Made by a program: the position numbers and the translations under genes. Positions 16,998 through 27,120 of a DNA stretch of 64,000 bases are shown here, piece by piece (position 1 is the stretch's first letter; each line of letters starts with the position of its first letter). Origin of the DNA: a virus. The notes under the pieces were generated by a model that was given only the letters and a program-made list of their open reading frames with translations, made no database searches and was not told the DNA's origin. The stretch lies in IMG/VR virus record IMGVR_UViG_3300023174_000152, positions 8,066 through 72,065 of that record; one strand, 5' to 3'.

Positions 16998-18094
16998 TTG
17001 TTGCCTCCTATGATCTCGATCTGACGTTGTGTATAATCCCAATCACTCCAGCAGTAATCATACACTGCCCGGGCGTCACTGGTACGCACACTGTACACAT
17101 CAAGATGTGTATTTAGGCGTTTCCAGATGGCTTGATGATCATTTGTCCAAAACGTATCTATCAGGTCGACTTGCCCGATCTGTGGATGACCAATGGTCAG
17201 GCTTTTGTCCTCGGGGTCAAACCCATTGACTGTTAACCATTCACGAAACTCTTGTAGCTTTATCTTTTGCCACTCGTAGTTGCCGGGATTGTTGGCCCAC
17301 TCTATGTCAAAATCTCCGGCAGCTTCTGTTTGACTGCGCAGGGTAGTTGACACTAACTCCCCTATCCTACTGTCTCGTCCTTCGTCTTGGAATACTTCCC
17401 AATGATGTTTGCCCACTGCTTTGTTTACTCCAACAAACACTCCGCCTAAGGGCCTATTGATAGTTTCGACTCCAAACAGTTCATAATCCTCTTCGTCTAA
17501 CAAGAATCGTGGAGCATTAAGCCAACACATCAGTTGGCTGGGTCGTTGCCATTCGGGTGCTTCTATCTGCTTGCGGTAACTCAATGCCCATGATTCAAAC
17601 TCATGACACAGCAAGTTGAGCTGTCGTATGTGCCAGCGTGTGGCAGGGTCAGCTCGCAGATAATATTCTTTTGGGGCACCACTGACTCCTTGCAGGTCTT
17701 CAAAGTATCTATGTAACCAGTTAAGTTTTTCTTGGCGTATGTTTCGACCTGCTGTGCGTCCATCGATAGGTTCGTCGGTGACAGTGTTGCTCATGTCAAA
17801 ATAATCATTGATACGATACCCAAGGTCAGCACGATTGATAGCATCAATGCTACGATTGACTTGATTTAGGATGTACCAACCATTGCGTTCATGATCAACA
17901 AAGCCAAAGAAACAGTAGTTCTTTTCCAAATGATAGTTTTGTTGTAAAAGCTCATTGAGAGCCGCGAGCCATTTACGACTCAACGAGTTGTCAAACACAT
18001 TGATATGTACAGGAAACAGTTCTTGTGTTTTCCTGTTTTTTAGTTCAATGGTTATCCGGTCTAATGTCTTGCCACCAGCGATATATGTCTGCAT
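16994..18094 (-). CDS. Hypothetical protein in the modification operon (366 aa; start uncertain)
   Basis: Long ORF coupled to its neighbours, with conserved-looking His/Glu motifs (LNWLHRYFE, LNLLCHEFE, VGKHHWE). Confidence 0.75.
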   Translation of the reverse strand: MQTYIAGGKTLDRITIELKNRKTQELFPVHINVFDNSLSRKWLAALNELLQQNYHLEKNYCFFGFVDHERNGWYILNQVNRSIDAINRADLGYRINDYFDMSNTVTDEPIDGRTAGRNIRQEKLNWLHRYFEDLQGVSGAPKEYYLRADPATRWHIRQLNLLCHEFESWALSYRKQIEAPEWQRPSQLMCWLNAPRFLLDEEDYELFGVETINRPLGGVFVGVNKAVGKHHWEVFQDEGRDSRIGELVSTTLRSQTEAAGDFDIEWANNPGNYEWQKIKLQEFREWLTVNGFDPEDKSLTIGHPQIGQVDLIDTFWTNDHQAIWKRLNTHLDVYSVRTSDARAVYDYCWSDWDYTQRQIEIIGGNK

Positions 18095-19343
18095 CTGTTG
18101 CCAATATGTCGTTCATAGTGAACGAATCATTCCTTATCTGTTCTAATTTTAACACACGAGCCTTGCCTCGAGCAAGACCTGTTTGATATTGATCGGGCCA
18201 TTGTTCTGCAAATGTAGGCCGCTGTTTGAGCTGTAGTAACACGTCACGTAGTGCGCCGCGAGTGGCAGGCACCAGCTCATCTATTTTCCGATCTAGTATC
18301 TCTCTTGGCAATGCCAGCGGACTCATCACGATGTCAGGTGTAAATGAGAACACCACTTTGGCCAATATATCCACTCCCAGTTCGTCTGCTGTGCGTTGCA
18401 TGGGTTCTACTTCAAACAAGCCTGGCAAGGTCAGAGTAAAATCTAATCGCATCTGTCTGCGATAACGAGCTATCTCTAGACCTCGTTTAAAGTTTTCTAA
18501 AAATACGGGCCAGGCCAGGCCTGTGCGGATGTATTCTCCGATTCTTCCTGTTCCGTCGATGCTTGCACAGATTTGGAAGTCACGTATATTTGCCAACAAA
18601 TCGCGATAAAGACTAATCCCATTATAATCCACGCGAGATAAGTTTGTATTGTATCTTGCATAAAGCTGTGGTCCATCCCCTAGTTCAATGATACGTTGCA
18701 TGTACCGCCAATGCTGTTCGTACATCAGTGGTTCACCGCCAACCCAATAAATCTCTTCAACTCTGTGTTCTTCGACTGCTTGGGCAAACTCTGCTTCTAT
18801 CTGGGTGTCCTGGAACTGTGTGATTTCACGTTTGACCTCGGGACGCATCCAGTTGTTTTTGGGATTTGACCAGTCCACCATGTCATGCTTCTTCTCTTCG
18901 GTTTCCCAAGAGCTCGATAGCATGTCACCACACATACGACATTTGAAGTTGCAAAGATTACTGAATCTGTAATCCCAACTCACTGGCTTCATTGTAGTGA
19001 AACCATTGGGTGTAGTTTCTCGCATGGCTTGCTCGTACTTGTGACCGAACAGTCCCCAAAAATAACTGCGATAGACATCTGTATTTAATAACTTGCTGTT
19101 GCATACATCACATTCTGGCAGTGTCTCTCCGGCTATCATGCGACGTCGCACACTCATCATGTGTTCACTGTTCCAGTGTTCATCCAGTGTGATGGGGATA
19201 TAACGACCTGTGCCAGCGGCTGTGTCTATGTATTGCTCAAAGTTTTGTGCAGGTTCTCTTGACGCACAGCACATACGTCTTTCTGTTTGTGGACTTAGAT
19301 AGGTATGTGTCCAGGGCGCCATACACAAGGTGTCAGGACGCAT
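18045..19343 (-). CDS. Radical SAM enzyme with N-terminal SPASM/twitch-like Cys domain (type B)
   Basis: CMAPW...MCC...CDVC at the N-terminus; CNFKCRMC, GGEP, YNTN and ASIDG. Confidence 0.9.
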   Translation of the reverse strand: MRPDTLCMAPWTHTYLSPQTERRMCCASREPAQNFEQYIDTAAGTGRYIPITLDEHWNSEHMMSVRRRMIAGETLPECDVCNSKLLNTDVYRSYFWGLFGHKYEQAMRETTPNGFTTMKPVSWDYRFSNLCNFKCRMCGDMLSSSWETEEKKHDMVDWSNPKNNWMRPEVKREITQFQDTQIEAEFAQAVEEHRVEEIYWVGGEPLMYEQHWRYMQRIIELGDGPQLYARYNTNLSRVDYNGISLYRDLLANIRDFQICASIDGTGRIGEYIRTGLAWPVFLENFKRGLEIARYRRQMRLDFTLTLPGLFEVEPMQRTADELGVDILAKVVFSFTPDIVMSPLALPREILDRKIDELVPATRGALRDVLLQLKQRPTFAEQWPDQYQTGLARGKARVLKLEQIRNDSFTMNDILATDADIYRWWQDIRPDNH

Positions 19344-20238
19344 CGATATACTCCTGCAAAGGATTGATTATGTCCTGTTTGATAAAGTTCTTCATGACAT
19401 TGGTACTAAAGAATCTGTTTTTGTTATAGGCCACACGATCTCTAGTTTCATCGTCAAACTGTGCTATTTCGTAGTTCTTTATGTTGTTGGCAATGATATC
19501 GAGTTTGCCTTGATTAAATTCAACATCGTCATAGCTCTCATCAAATAGATTATCAAAGGTTTCAAACCCCCAACTGCGAAGGTGCTTCAATGTTCCAAGA
19601 GTGCCCACTACCATGAAAGGGTGCATGTAAGCAATGGGTTTCCAAGTTTTCTCAGTGATAAAACCACGTCCAGTGACCAGGGTTTCTACTGCTATAGTAA
19701 ATGATGTGGAATCGTACCATTCAGGATTAAAGTATCTTTGCCAGTTGATAAAATCACCAGGTTCTCTCTGCTCCAATGGTAGATCGTTGGGCAACATCTT
19801 GTTATGGTAACTCCAGATAAATCTATCCAGCCACGGTGCAAACTTTTCCAACGTCATGTCTCTGTGTGGTCTTTTGCGACACATAGGCATGAGTGCAAGT
19901 TTGCTATAGTTTCTAGTGGGATAATATTTTTCGTATCCAAGATTGATATACCAAGGTGCTTCGTTGAACCAAAACCATTTGAGAGAACTTATGGTATGGA
20001 ATGTTGGATGAGGATCTCGATATTCCCATAACTCCTCTACTGCTACTTTATATCCTTGTTCCCACAGTTGTGTGGCCAATTCTTTGTCTGAGTTATGATG
20101 TGTCACAAACACACAGTTTTTTTGATAGGTCTTTGAAGCGTCCCATTGAGAAAACTTAAACCATTGAGAAAACACTGGCAACACATGTCGTGCCATGAAA
20201 GCAGATTTATATTCAGGAAGTAATACCAAATCAATCAT
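19333..20238 (-). CDS. GT10-like ('TEKxxKP') glycosyltransferase-fold protein, paralogue 3
   Basis: AVET...FITEKTWKPI..HPF...GFETFDNLFDESYD. Confidence 0.5.
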   Translation of the reverse strand: MIDLVLLPEYKSAFMARHVLPVFSQWFKFSQWDASKTYQKNCVFVTHHNSDKELATQLWEQGYKVAVEELWEYRDPHPTFHTISSLKWFWFNEAPWYINLGYEKYYPTRNYSKLALMPMCRKRPHRDMTLEKFAPWLDRFIWSYHNKMLPNDLPLEQREPGDFINWQRYFNPEWYDSTSFTIAVETLVTGRGFITEKTWKPIAYMHPFMVVGTLGTLKHLRSWGFETFDNLFDESYDDVEFNQGKLDIIANNIKNYEIAQFDDETRDRVAYNKNRFFSTNVMKNFIKQDIINPLQEYIDAS

Positions 20239-21443
20239 TGATATCCAATGGCCTGTGCTAGTTCTGGGAGGTAATCTCCAAGTCGTTGCTGGCGTTTAAA
20301 ATCTAGATCTTCGATCTTCATGCGCAACAACTGCCCGTCTAGACTAGCACCGTTGTTCATGAAATCAATGATTCGATCAACTTCGGCACGGAACTTGTCT
20401 GGTATTTTGGCTTGTTGCAACCGTTGAGTCGTCAGTTTTTTAGCTTCCGTGGGCATGGTTCCTATACTAAAATAGTAAGCATCATGCAACATGTTCCAAT
20501 ATACAAAATCAAAATCCTGGGTGTCGATCCACTGTGCCACGTCTTCAAGGTACATTACATTGAACACATTAATTGTACAACAAACTTGTAAAGTCATGTT
20601 GAGATTGCGCTCTCTCATGTCCTTAAAACGCTTGATGTTGTTGCAGACTTCTGACCATACAGCATTGGTGCGCTGATACTCAAAACGACTGCCAATATCA
20701 TCGATACTGAATGCAACTTCAACGTGCTTGAAATATTGCCAAATCTCTTCGGCCTGTTCAGGATACTGGGTGCCGTTGGTATTATAATGTATTTCAATCT
20801 GGTGTGCATGCCCTCGGTCAATCAATCGTTGTAACAAATCAAAATGTTCTCGGATCATGAATGGTTCACCGCCTGTGAACTCTATGTAACGTACTTCACT
20901 CATAGCCGAATCCAACTGCGACCAAAACTGCTCGCTTTCTCTGGGCCAGGCGCCATCTCGTAACATTTGATAATGGAAGGAGTTTTTCTTTTCTTCTTTG
21001 TCGATGATAAAATTTAGTTCTTCTGTGGCGAACTGACTAGAACTCCAGGATCCACAAATACGGCATTTTAGATTACAAATGTTACCTAGTTTAAGATCCA
21101 AGAACATAAGTGGTTTAGCATCTGTGGTCCAGTCTTCACTGATACCCATGTGCTTGAGTCTGTCTAGAGTGTGCATGCGTTTGCTGGTACGGCCTGCACG
21201 TTCCTCATTCCAGCAACGGCGACAGGTCTGTGGCTGTTTGCCTTGTAAAAACTCTTGGCGTAAACTTACCATGTGTTTGCTATTTTGTATTTCCTGGAAT
21301 GAGGCTTGATTGAGTTTGAACTTGTTGCCTGAATCATCTACTATTTCGTCTATGGCCAAACAACATGGCCGTACTGTACCAATGGGGCTGGCTTCTATTG
21401 ATACCCAAGGCAATACGCAAAACTTAGAATGTGGTATTTTCAT
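20235..21443 (-). CDS. Radical SAM enzyme with N-terminal SPASM/twitch-like Cys domain (type B)
   Basis: CVLPW...PCC...CRRC; CNLKCRIC, GGEP, YNTNGT and FSIDD. Confidence 0.9.
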   Translation of the reverse strand: MKIPHSKFCVLPWVSIEASPIGTVRPCCLAIDEIVDDSGNKFKLNQASFQEIQNSKHMVSLRQEFLQGKQPQTCRRCWNEERAGRTSKRMHTLDRLKHMGISEDWTTDAKPLMFLDLKLGNICNLKCRICGSWSSSQFATEELNFIIDKEEKKNSFHYQMLRDGAWPRESEQFWSQLDSAMSEVRYIEFTGGEPFMIREHFDLLQRLIDRGHAHQIEIHYNTNGTQYPEQAEEIWQYFKHVEVAFSIDDIGSRFEYQRTNAVWSEVCNNIKRFKDMRERNLNMTLQVCCTINVFNVMYLEDVAQWIDTQDFDFVYWNMLHDAYYFSIGTMPTEAKKLTTQRLQQAKIPDKFRAEVDRIIDFMNNGASLDGQLLRMKIEDLDFKRQQRLGDYLPELAQAIGYQ

Positions 21444-22795
21444 GCTTTTAAAATCCTATGTGTTCGGCCTGGGGGTAACTGAGCATCTTCTTTCCTATAT
21501 TGATATATCTCTTGGAGCTCTGGAACCACAGACATCAAACTTTCATTCCTCGCCCAGTCTAGATCTTCTACTGTTCGCCAAAACTCTGGCAGCAAATGGC
21601 TGTTGTCCGTAGACATCATGAAAGCAACAGCGGCTTGGAACCCACCGACTGCACGTTGGATAGGATCTCTAGGCATCAGCCACTCAATGTGTTCTTCGAA
21701 CTCTTTCTTGAATCTTAGTTTAATATCCATTGGCAATAGGTCAATGCGATAGTTCATAGGTCCTTGTAGGATATTGAGATTGAAGTCTTTGGGTTCAATG
21801 AACCCTTGGTCAATCATGTAACGATGATATTTTACAAAGTTCCAGATATTCATTAAACTCAGTGTGGGACTGATCATAAAATCAATGTGTGGGCATTCGC
21901 GTTTGATGTCTCGTATGTTTTGTTCCACATCAGCCCACTTGGTTCCTGAACGTATAACTGCGGCACGCTCACCCATGTCATCTAAACTAGCAGCCACACA
22001 AACATTGGGAAAGTGTTTCCAAAGATCTATTACACTTTCACGTTTAAATCGTAGTTCAGTTAAGTTAGTGTTGTAGATCAAACGTACATTGGTATTGCCT
22101 TTTTCAATCAAGAGCTTGAGAATACGATTATGCTCTTCCATGATCAAAGGTTCGCCACCGGCAAAATAGATCTGATCTAGGTGTGGGACATGCTCTTGCA
22201 TTTGTTCCCAAACGTCTTCTTCGTGGCGGCCAGCAAACTGTACACGAGGGCGAAGTTCTTTGCCCCACAGTTTGATGTCATCATCGTACCAACGACTTGA
22301 AAAGATTGATCCACAACTGCGACATTTCAAGTTACAGATGTTAGAAAAACGCACATCCCAATAGTGTAATCGCATGTCAGGTAACGAACCATCGGGCAAT
22401 GTTTGATCAACTAGGTCAATGTGTTGCCCAAAGTTCTTATTTGAGTTATTGCGCATGGATGCAAATCCTGCTGATTCTTGTTCGTAGCAGTCGCCGCATT
22501 CCTTGCAGGGCAGATCACTTAGCATGTTGCGGCGCATTTGTCGCATAGGCTCGTCGTTCCAGATTTCCTTCATTGACTTTTCTTTGAAGTTGCCCACAGG
22601 ATGTTCGGCCTTGCCCAAACAACAAGGATATGCACGACCATCGGGCCAAGCATGCAAGTGTATCCAAGGAATGATACAGAACGTATCTGAGTGCATGAGC
22701 CTGTGTTGTTGTTTTTCGGTCAGATGTTCCAGAGGAATCCAACTGGGAACACGGTCTTTCCAGTTATAGTTACTAAGATTACTTTTCTTTGTCAT
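21440..22795 (-). CDS. Radical SAM enzyme with N-terminal SPASM/twitch-like Cys domain (type B)
   Basis: CIIPW...PCC...CGDC; CNLKCRSC, GGEP, YNTN and ASLDD. Start set at ATG 22795 (ATGA overlap). Confidence 0.9.
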   Translation of the reverse strand: MTKKSNLSNYNWKDRVPSWIPLEHLTEKQQHRLMHSDTFCIIPWIHLHAWPDGRAYPCCLGKAEHPVGNFKEKSMKEIWNDEPMRQMRRNMLSDLPCKECGDCYEQESAGFASMRNNSNKNFGQHIDLVDQTLPDGSLPDMRLHYWDVRFSNICNLKCRSCGSIFSSRWYDDDIKLWGKELRPRVQFAGRHEEDVWEQMQEHVPHLDQIYFAGGEPLIMEEHNRILKLLIEKGNTNVRLIYNTNLTELRFKRESVIDLWKHFPNVCVAASLDDMGERAAVIRSGTKWADVEQNIRDIKRECPHIDFMISPTLSLMNIWNFVKYHRYMIDQGFIEPKDFNLNILQGPMNYRIDLLPMDIKLRFKKEFEEHIEWLMPRDPIQRAVGGFQAAVAFMMSTDNSHLLPEFWRTVEDLDWARNESLMSVVPELQEIYQYRKEDAQLPPGRTHRILKA

Positions 22796-24144
22796 AGTGA
22801 TCGATACCAAGAAGCCAACATTGGAAATGTGGCACAAAAATCTTTTCCTCTACGCTGATCGTATTGCTCATGGAACTTTTTAAAATCATTATACAAGCTC
22901 GCACGATCAAAGGTGTCTGAGTGTGGTGTTTTGACCACGTCTAAATAATCAATCAAGCGTTGAACTTGATTGAGTTCCATTTGATGTAAGAATTCATTGT
23001 CCTTGTTTTCATCGTACCACTCCTGTAGTTGTTGTCCGCGAGCTTGACGTATGTCTTCCGGCAATACCAGTGGGCTTTGAAAACTTGGAAAGCGTAATAT
23101 GTTCAATGTAAATGTTGGAAAGTCTCGACCATATTGTTTTTTAAACATCATCATGATGTCAAGGAAATCAGTTAAACTTTCCAAACAAAGAGCGTTAATA
23201 GTACACATTACATGTAGGCCCCGTAGACGTTTGCTACCAGCCAGCATGTGCATATTGGTCATCCATTGTGTCCAATCTAATCCATCTCGAATATATTCAG
23301 CATGCCCATTCACGCTTTCGTTGCTGGTGTACAGATCTAATGTAACACCTTCTGCACGATCCAATAGCTTGAGCACATCTTCTGTGGTCATGCCCAAGTT
23401 AGAGTTAATGGCTAGTCGTGTATCACTTTTGCCGCGATTCTCTTTGAACCAGTCCAACAGTTTCCAAGTGTAACCGCTCATCAATGGTTCACCGCCAGTT
23501 ATTCGGAGTTCTTTGAGTGTTCTGTGGAGGTCAGACTCCCACCAAGCGAAAAATGCGTCCACATAAGGATTCCGATCATTGAATGTATAGAGCTGACTGC
23601 TATCATGAGCGTGAGTAAAATGATTACGCCCGTCTGATACCAAGCCATGGTATGGACCGTGTTTGTTGATGTCTCGGACCCAGGTGCTACTAAAAGCAGG
23701 ATTACAATAAGAACAAGCGAATTGGCAAGTCCTATCAAAGGCGATTTCCAAGGTCTGTAGATCCACGTCTTGATCGCTGGCAGTATTGAAAGCATGATTT
23801 AAATCCTCGTCTGAGTATATAACAGTTTTATAGACACGGTCAGATATGTTATCGCGTCCGATATCTTCAATCTTCCAGCAATATTCACAGCCTGCTGGTC
23901 GTTGTCCCTGTTGCATCATTGCACGTTCTGATTTCTTTTTAGGGGTATTGTGCAAGGCCTTGGGATTGGCTTCTACTTCTTCTACACTTACTTTGTGTGG
24001 CAATGGGTGATGGCAACTTGTGGTCATGCCCGATCCTAACCAAATGGTAGCGTTGTACCATTTAGCTCCACAAAAGCTGGCCGACTTGATGTCAATGACT
24101 CTGCGTTTGTATTCTAAGTCTGTTTCGTTGTCTATTCTAGGCAT
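22792..24144 (-). CDS. Radical SAM enzyme with N-terminal Cys/His auxiliary domain (type A)
   Basis: CGAKW...SCHHP...CEYCW; CQFACSYC, GGEP and INSN. Start set at ATG 24144. Confidence 0.9.
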   Translation of the reverse strand: MPRIDNETDLEYKRRVIDIKSASFCGAKWYNATIWLGSGMTTSCHHPLPHKVSVEEVEANPKALHNTPKKKSERAMMQQGQRPAGCEYCWKIEDIGRDNISDRVYKTVIYSDEDLNHAFNTASDQDVDLQTLEIAFDRTCQFACSYCNPAFSSTWVRDINKHGPYHGLVSDGRNHFTHAHDSSQLYTFNDRNPYVDAFFAWWESDLHRTLKELRITGGEPLMSGYTWKLLDWFKENRGKSDTRLAINSNLGMTTEDVLKLLDRAEGVTLDLYTSNESVNGHAEYIRDGLDWTQWMTNMHMLAGSKRLRGLHVMCTINALCLESLTDFLDIMMMFKKQYGRDFPTFTLNILRFPSFQSPLVLPEDIRQARGQQLQEWYDENKDNEFLHQMELNQVQRLIDYLDVVKTPHSDTFDRASLYNDFKKFHEQYDQRRGKDFCATFPMLASWYRSL

Positions 24145-25147
24145 TGACAAAATCTTTCATTTGTTGTGTAAATGTATCACGTTGATTACTATGTATCGCA
24201 AATGCATGGCGCAGATTATATAAACGTGTTTCTTTGGATTCTTCCCAAAACTTTGGCAGATCTTGTTTGACCAGCCAGGCCACTTCATGCACTAGACGTT
24301 GTATTCTTTCTTGCCCATCTTCAATGTCATCAAATGATTCGTCGATCCATTGACCGTATGTCTGGAAACCAAGACGTTTTATGTCTCGATAAAACCCGCG
24401 ATTGGCACATACCAAGAAAGGATGTGTAGCCAACACAGGTTTGTAAAACTTTTCCGTCCTAAAACTCGAAGGATGTTCAAACACAGTTTCTGTGACCAAA
24501 GTAAACCAAGTGTCAAGGTGCTGTGCTGGAACTATGACACCATCGATCCATCCAGGATTTTCTACATCGTATCCTGGAGGTAAAGTTTGTGTTGGTACTT
24601 TGTGTTCGGAGTATATTCGATTAAAATCAGGATGGCCCCAGGTGATGTCTGCATCGTGATTACACCAGAGTGCGCGATCAAGAAGTTGTTGCTGTTGTAA
24701 AAGATGTATAAGATACTGTCTATGTGGTCTTAGTTTCCGATTGGTGAACAAAAAACTATATTTTCTCGAATGTCTATTGTAATCCATGAGTGGAACACCA
24801 TAGTTTTGGCTACCTAAAGTAGCGGACAGAAAATGTTCTGAATTTAGATTGACTATGTCGTTGGGTGCATCTCCACCAGTGATCCAACGTATCTGTCCTG
24901 ATTGCATTTTAGACAAATAGTGTGGACTAGATGCTATGTGCCATTGCGTTATTACACTTTCATCTGTCTTTTCAATCACTGCACGACCGCCCATGGACAG
25001 CATGTCATATACTCTAGGCCACTGTTGCACAAATGTTTTTAAACTCATGACATAGATATCCGCAGTCAATGCTAGATTTCCTGTTTCGATCTCATTGTCA
25101 GGTCTGAGATAGTTTAGGGCTACACCTGGTTCAACTATGATTCGCAT
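24137..25147 (-). CDS. GT10-like ('TEKxxKP') glycosyltransferase-fold protein, paralogue 4
   Basis: LVTET...FRTEKFYKPV..HPF...GFQTYGQWIDESFD. Start set at ATG 25147. Confidence 0.5.
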   Translation of the reverse strand: MRIIVEPGVALNYLRPDNEIETGNLALTADIYVMSLKTFVQQWPRVYDMLSMGGRAVIEKTDESVITQWHIASSPHYLSKMQSGQIRWITGGDAPNDIVNLNSEHFLSATLGSQNYGVPLMDYNRHSRKYSFLFTNRKLRPHRQYLIHLLQQQQLLDRALWCNHDADITWGHPDFNRIYSEHKVPTQTLPPGYDVENPGWIDGVIVPAQHLDTWFTLVTETVFEHPSSFRTEKFYKPVLATHPFLVCANRGFYRDIKRLGFQTYGQWIDESFDDIEDGQERIQRLVHEVAWLVKQDLPKFWEESKETRLYNLRHAFAIHSNQRDTFTQQMKDFVNA

Positions 25148-26558
25148 AATAACCGCATTGAGTCCACCACTCAACCATTTCAGGAAAAACTTTTAGAAAT
25201 CTTGTACCTCTACGTTGATCGTGTTCATTAAAGAATCTATAAAAATCTGCTTGTTGTCTGCGTACATAGTCTGGATCTAGTTTGGCACCATCACGCATCC
25301 AAGCTATGTCTCTGTCAAGCCTACTGAGTTCATAGTCTTTGAATCCTTTGAATCTTTTTTCTTCGGTCTCGATATTTTTTAACATCCATGCCCAGGTTTT
25401 TTCTAGTTCGTCGGCATAGCTCTCAGGTAACAGTTGCATACTTTGCCATGTTGGTGTGCGTAACACAGGAGTATCAAACCATACACGTTGATAGGTCTTT
25501 GAATATATCTGTCTTAGCCCCAGTATAGCTACCATGAGATCACCAAAACTGGTCACTGATAGGTTATTCATCGTGATAATAAAAGTGATAGAACTGCGAC
25601 TGGGTACCTCTGTTAGGAACTGGTTTACTCTATCCCATAGCAATCTAAAATCAAGTCCGTTGCGAATGTATTCGGCCTTGTCCATCCAGGCATCAAGACT
25701 CACATATTGCATGAAGTGTTCGACTTTTTCACCCTCACACAGCATCTTGACATAACCCAAATATCGTTGCCAAAGTTTTTCTTCCACTGAGAAGTTGCTT
25801 GTAACATTGAGATGTAATCGAGGATTGTGATTAGTCAGCACATAATCAAACACACGGTAGGTGTTTTTATCCATCATTGGTTCACCACCAGTCATACGGA
25901 AGTGTTCTAGTTCTGGATAGAGCCGAGGCCACCAACTCCAAAAAGCGTCAAGGTATGGATTATCATCTCGGGCAGGTATAGGCCTACGCTCACCAACAAA
26001 ATACTCAGGGGCATTGTGAGGTACACTAGTAGGGAAAGCGCCGAAAGTCTCGGCTTCTTGCATCCATGAACTACTAAACTGTGGACTACAGTAACTACAT
26101 TTAAGATTGCAAGCATTACTAAAATTAACTTCAACGTAACTGGGTAAAACATCTTCATCTCCTGTAGAGTTTACAATGCTATCAAAATCCTTGGCGGCCC
26201 ATGGCTCGCCTGATCTATAATGTCTATCGCTGAGCTTGCCATTGTCTTCCATGGTCCAACAATAACTGCATTCACTGGGTCTTGTTCCTGTCAGCATGAG
26301 TCGGCGCTGTTCTTTCTTGTGTTCAGTGTTATGAATGCCCGACGGGGATCTCTGGATATCTTCGATGCGTATTTTATGCAGTGGGGGGTGATAGCATGAG
26401 TTGGTGTGACCTGTGGTCAGGTGCAAACTTACTTGTTTCCACTTGGCCAAACACATGCTGGGACTCACCGAATCCAGTTTCTCTTTCATTATCTCAGCGT
26501 CACTGAGAAACTTTGATTTGAAATCTGTAGTCACTTCGTCGCCTTTGTTATTTGCCAA
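25131..26558 (-). CDS. Radical SAM enzyme with N-terminal Cys/His auxiliary domain (type A)
   Basis: CLAKW...SCYHP...CSYCW; CNLKCSYC, GGEP and VSLDA. Likely TTG start at 26558 with a GGAG SD. Confidence 0.9.
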   Translation of the reverse strand: MANNKGDEVTTDFKSKFLSDAEIMKEKLDSVSPSMCLAKWKQVSLHLTTGHTNSCYHPPLHKIRIEDIQRSPSGIHNTEHKKEQRRLMLTGTRPSECSYCWTMEDNGKLSDRHYRSGEPWAAKDFDSIVNSTGDEDVLPSYVEVNFSNACNLKCSYCSPQFSSSWMQEAETFGAFPTSVPHNAPEYFVGERRPIPARDDNPYLDAFWSWWPRLYPELEHFRMTGGEPMMDKNTYRVFDYVLTNHNPRLHLNVTSNFSVEEKLWQRYLGYVKMLCEGEKVEHFMQYVSLDAWMDKAEYIRNGLDFRLLWDRVNQFLTEVPSRSSITFIITMNNLSVTSFGDLMVAILGLRQIYSKTYQRVWFDTPVLRTPTWQSMQLLPESYADELEKTWAWMLKNIETEEKRFKGFKDYELSRLDRDIAWMRDGAKLDPDYVRRQQADFYRFFNEHDQRRGTRFLKVFPEMVEWWTQCGYYANHS

Positions 26559-27120
26559 CTTGATCTCCCAAATAATCAAATAGTTTTATCATTCCTTCTT
26601 TGTTAAGATGGCCATCAGGTAACCTGTCTAAAGGTCTTATATAGGGATAATGTATAGTTGATTTAACATTTCTTTGTTCCCAAGAAAAAGCAATCACCTC
26701 TTTGTTTTGTTCTAGCAAAAATGTTATTAAACAATCAACTAGCATGTCGCTGAGTTGATCACAATAAGGATGCCCAAATACTGTATAAAAATATTTGTAA
26801 ACTTCTAAATGTGCCTTGTCGAGTTCTTCTGGAGTTAAATCAAATCCTTTTCCATGAGATCCTGCAAAGAAGTCAAGATCCTGATCATTGTATTTGATAC
26901 CAAATCGAGAACTGAATGTAAACCCTAGAACAAAAACGTCATGCTCTGAAAAGTTTTGATACGCATCAAATACTATTGCTAGATTGCTTTTTCCTGGGCG
27001 AGATTTATCTTTGACATTATACCCACCGATGGTTTGATATAAACTACCTAAAGATTGATCTCGGGGCAAACCTTGACCGTATGTCATACTACATCCGTCA
27101 AGATAAAGTTTTTTTACCAT
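26548..27120 (-). CDS. SGNH/GDSL-like hydrolase or acyltransferase
   Basis: GCSMTYG (GDS-like block I), SRPGKSN (block II) and C-terminal DxH (DGHLN). Confidence 0.6.
   Translation of the reverse strand: MVKKLYLDGCSMTYGQGLPRDQSLGSLYQTIGGYNVKDKSRPGKSNLAIVFDAYQNFSEHDVFVLGFTFSSRFGIKYNDQDLDFFAGSHGKGFDLTPEELDKAHLEVYKYFYTVFGHPYCDQLSDMLVDCLITFLLEQNKEVIAFSWEQRNVKSTIHYPYIRPLDRLPDGHLNKEGMIKLFDYLGDQVGK

Noticed and set aside
18045-26558. 7-deazaguanine (QueE) DNA modification, MoaA or anaerobic RNR activase identity for the radical SAM genes
   Set aside because: The proteins are 400-480 aa with extra N-terminal Cys domains, and no folE, queD, queC, dpdA, moaC or nrdD partners occur in the window.
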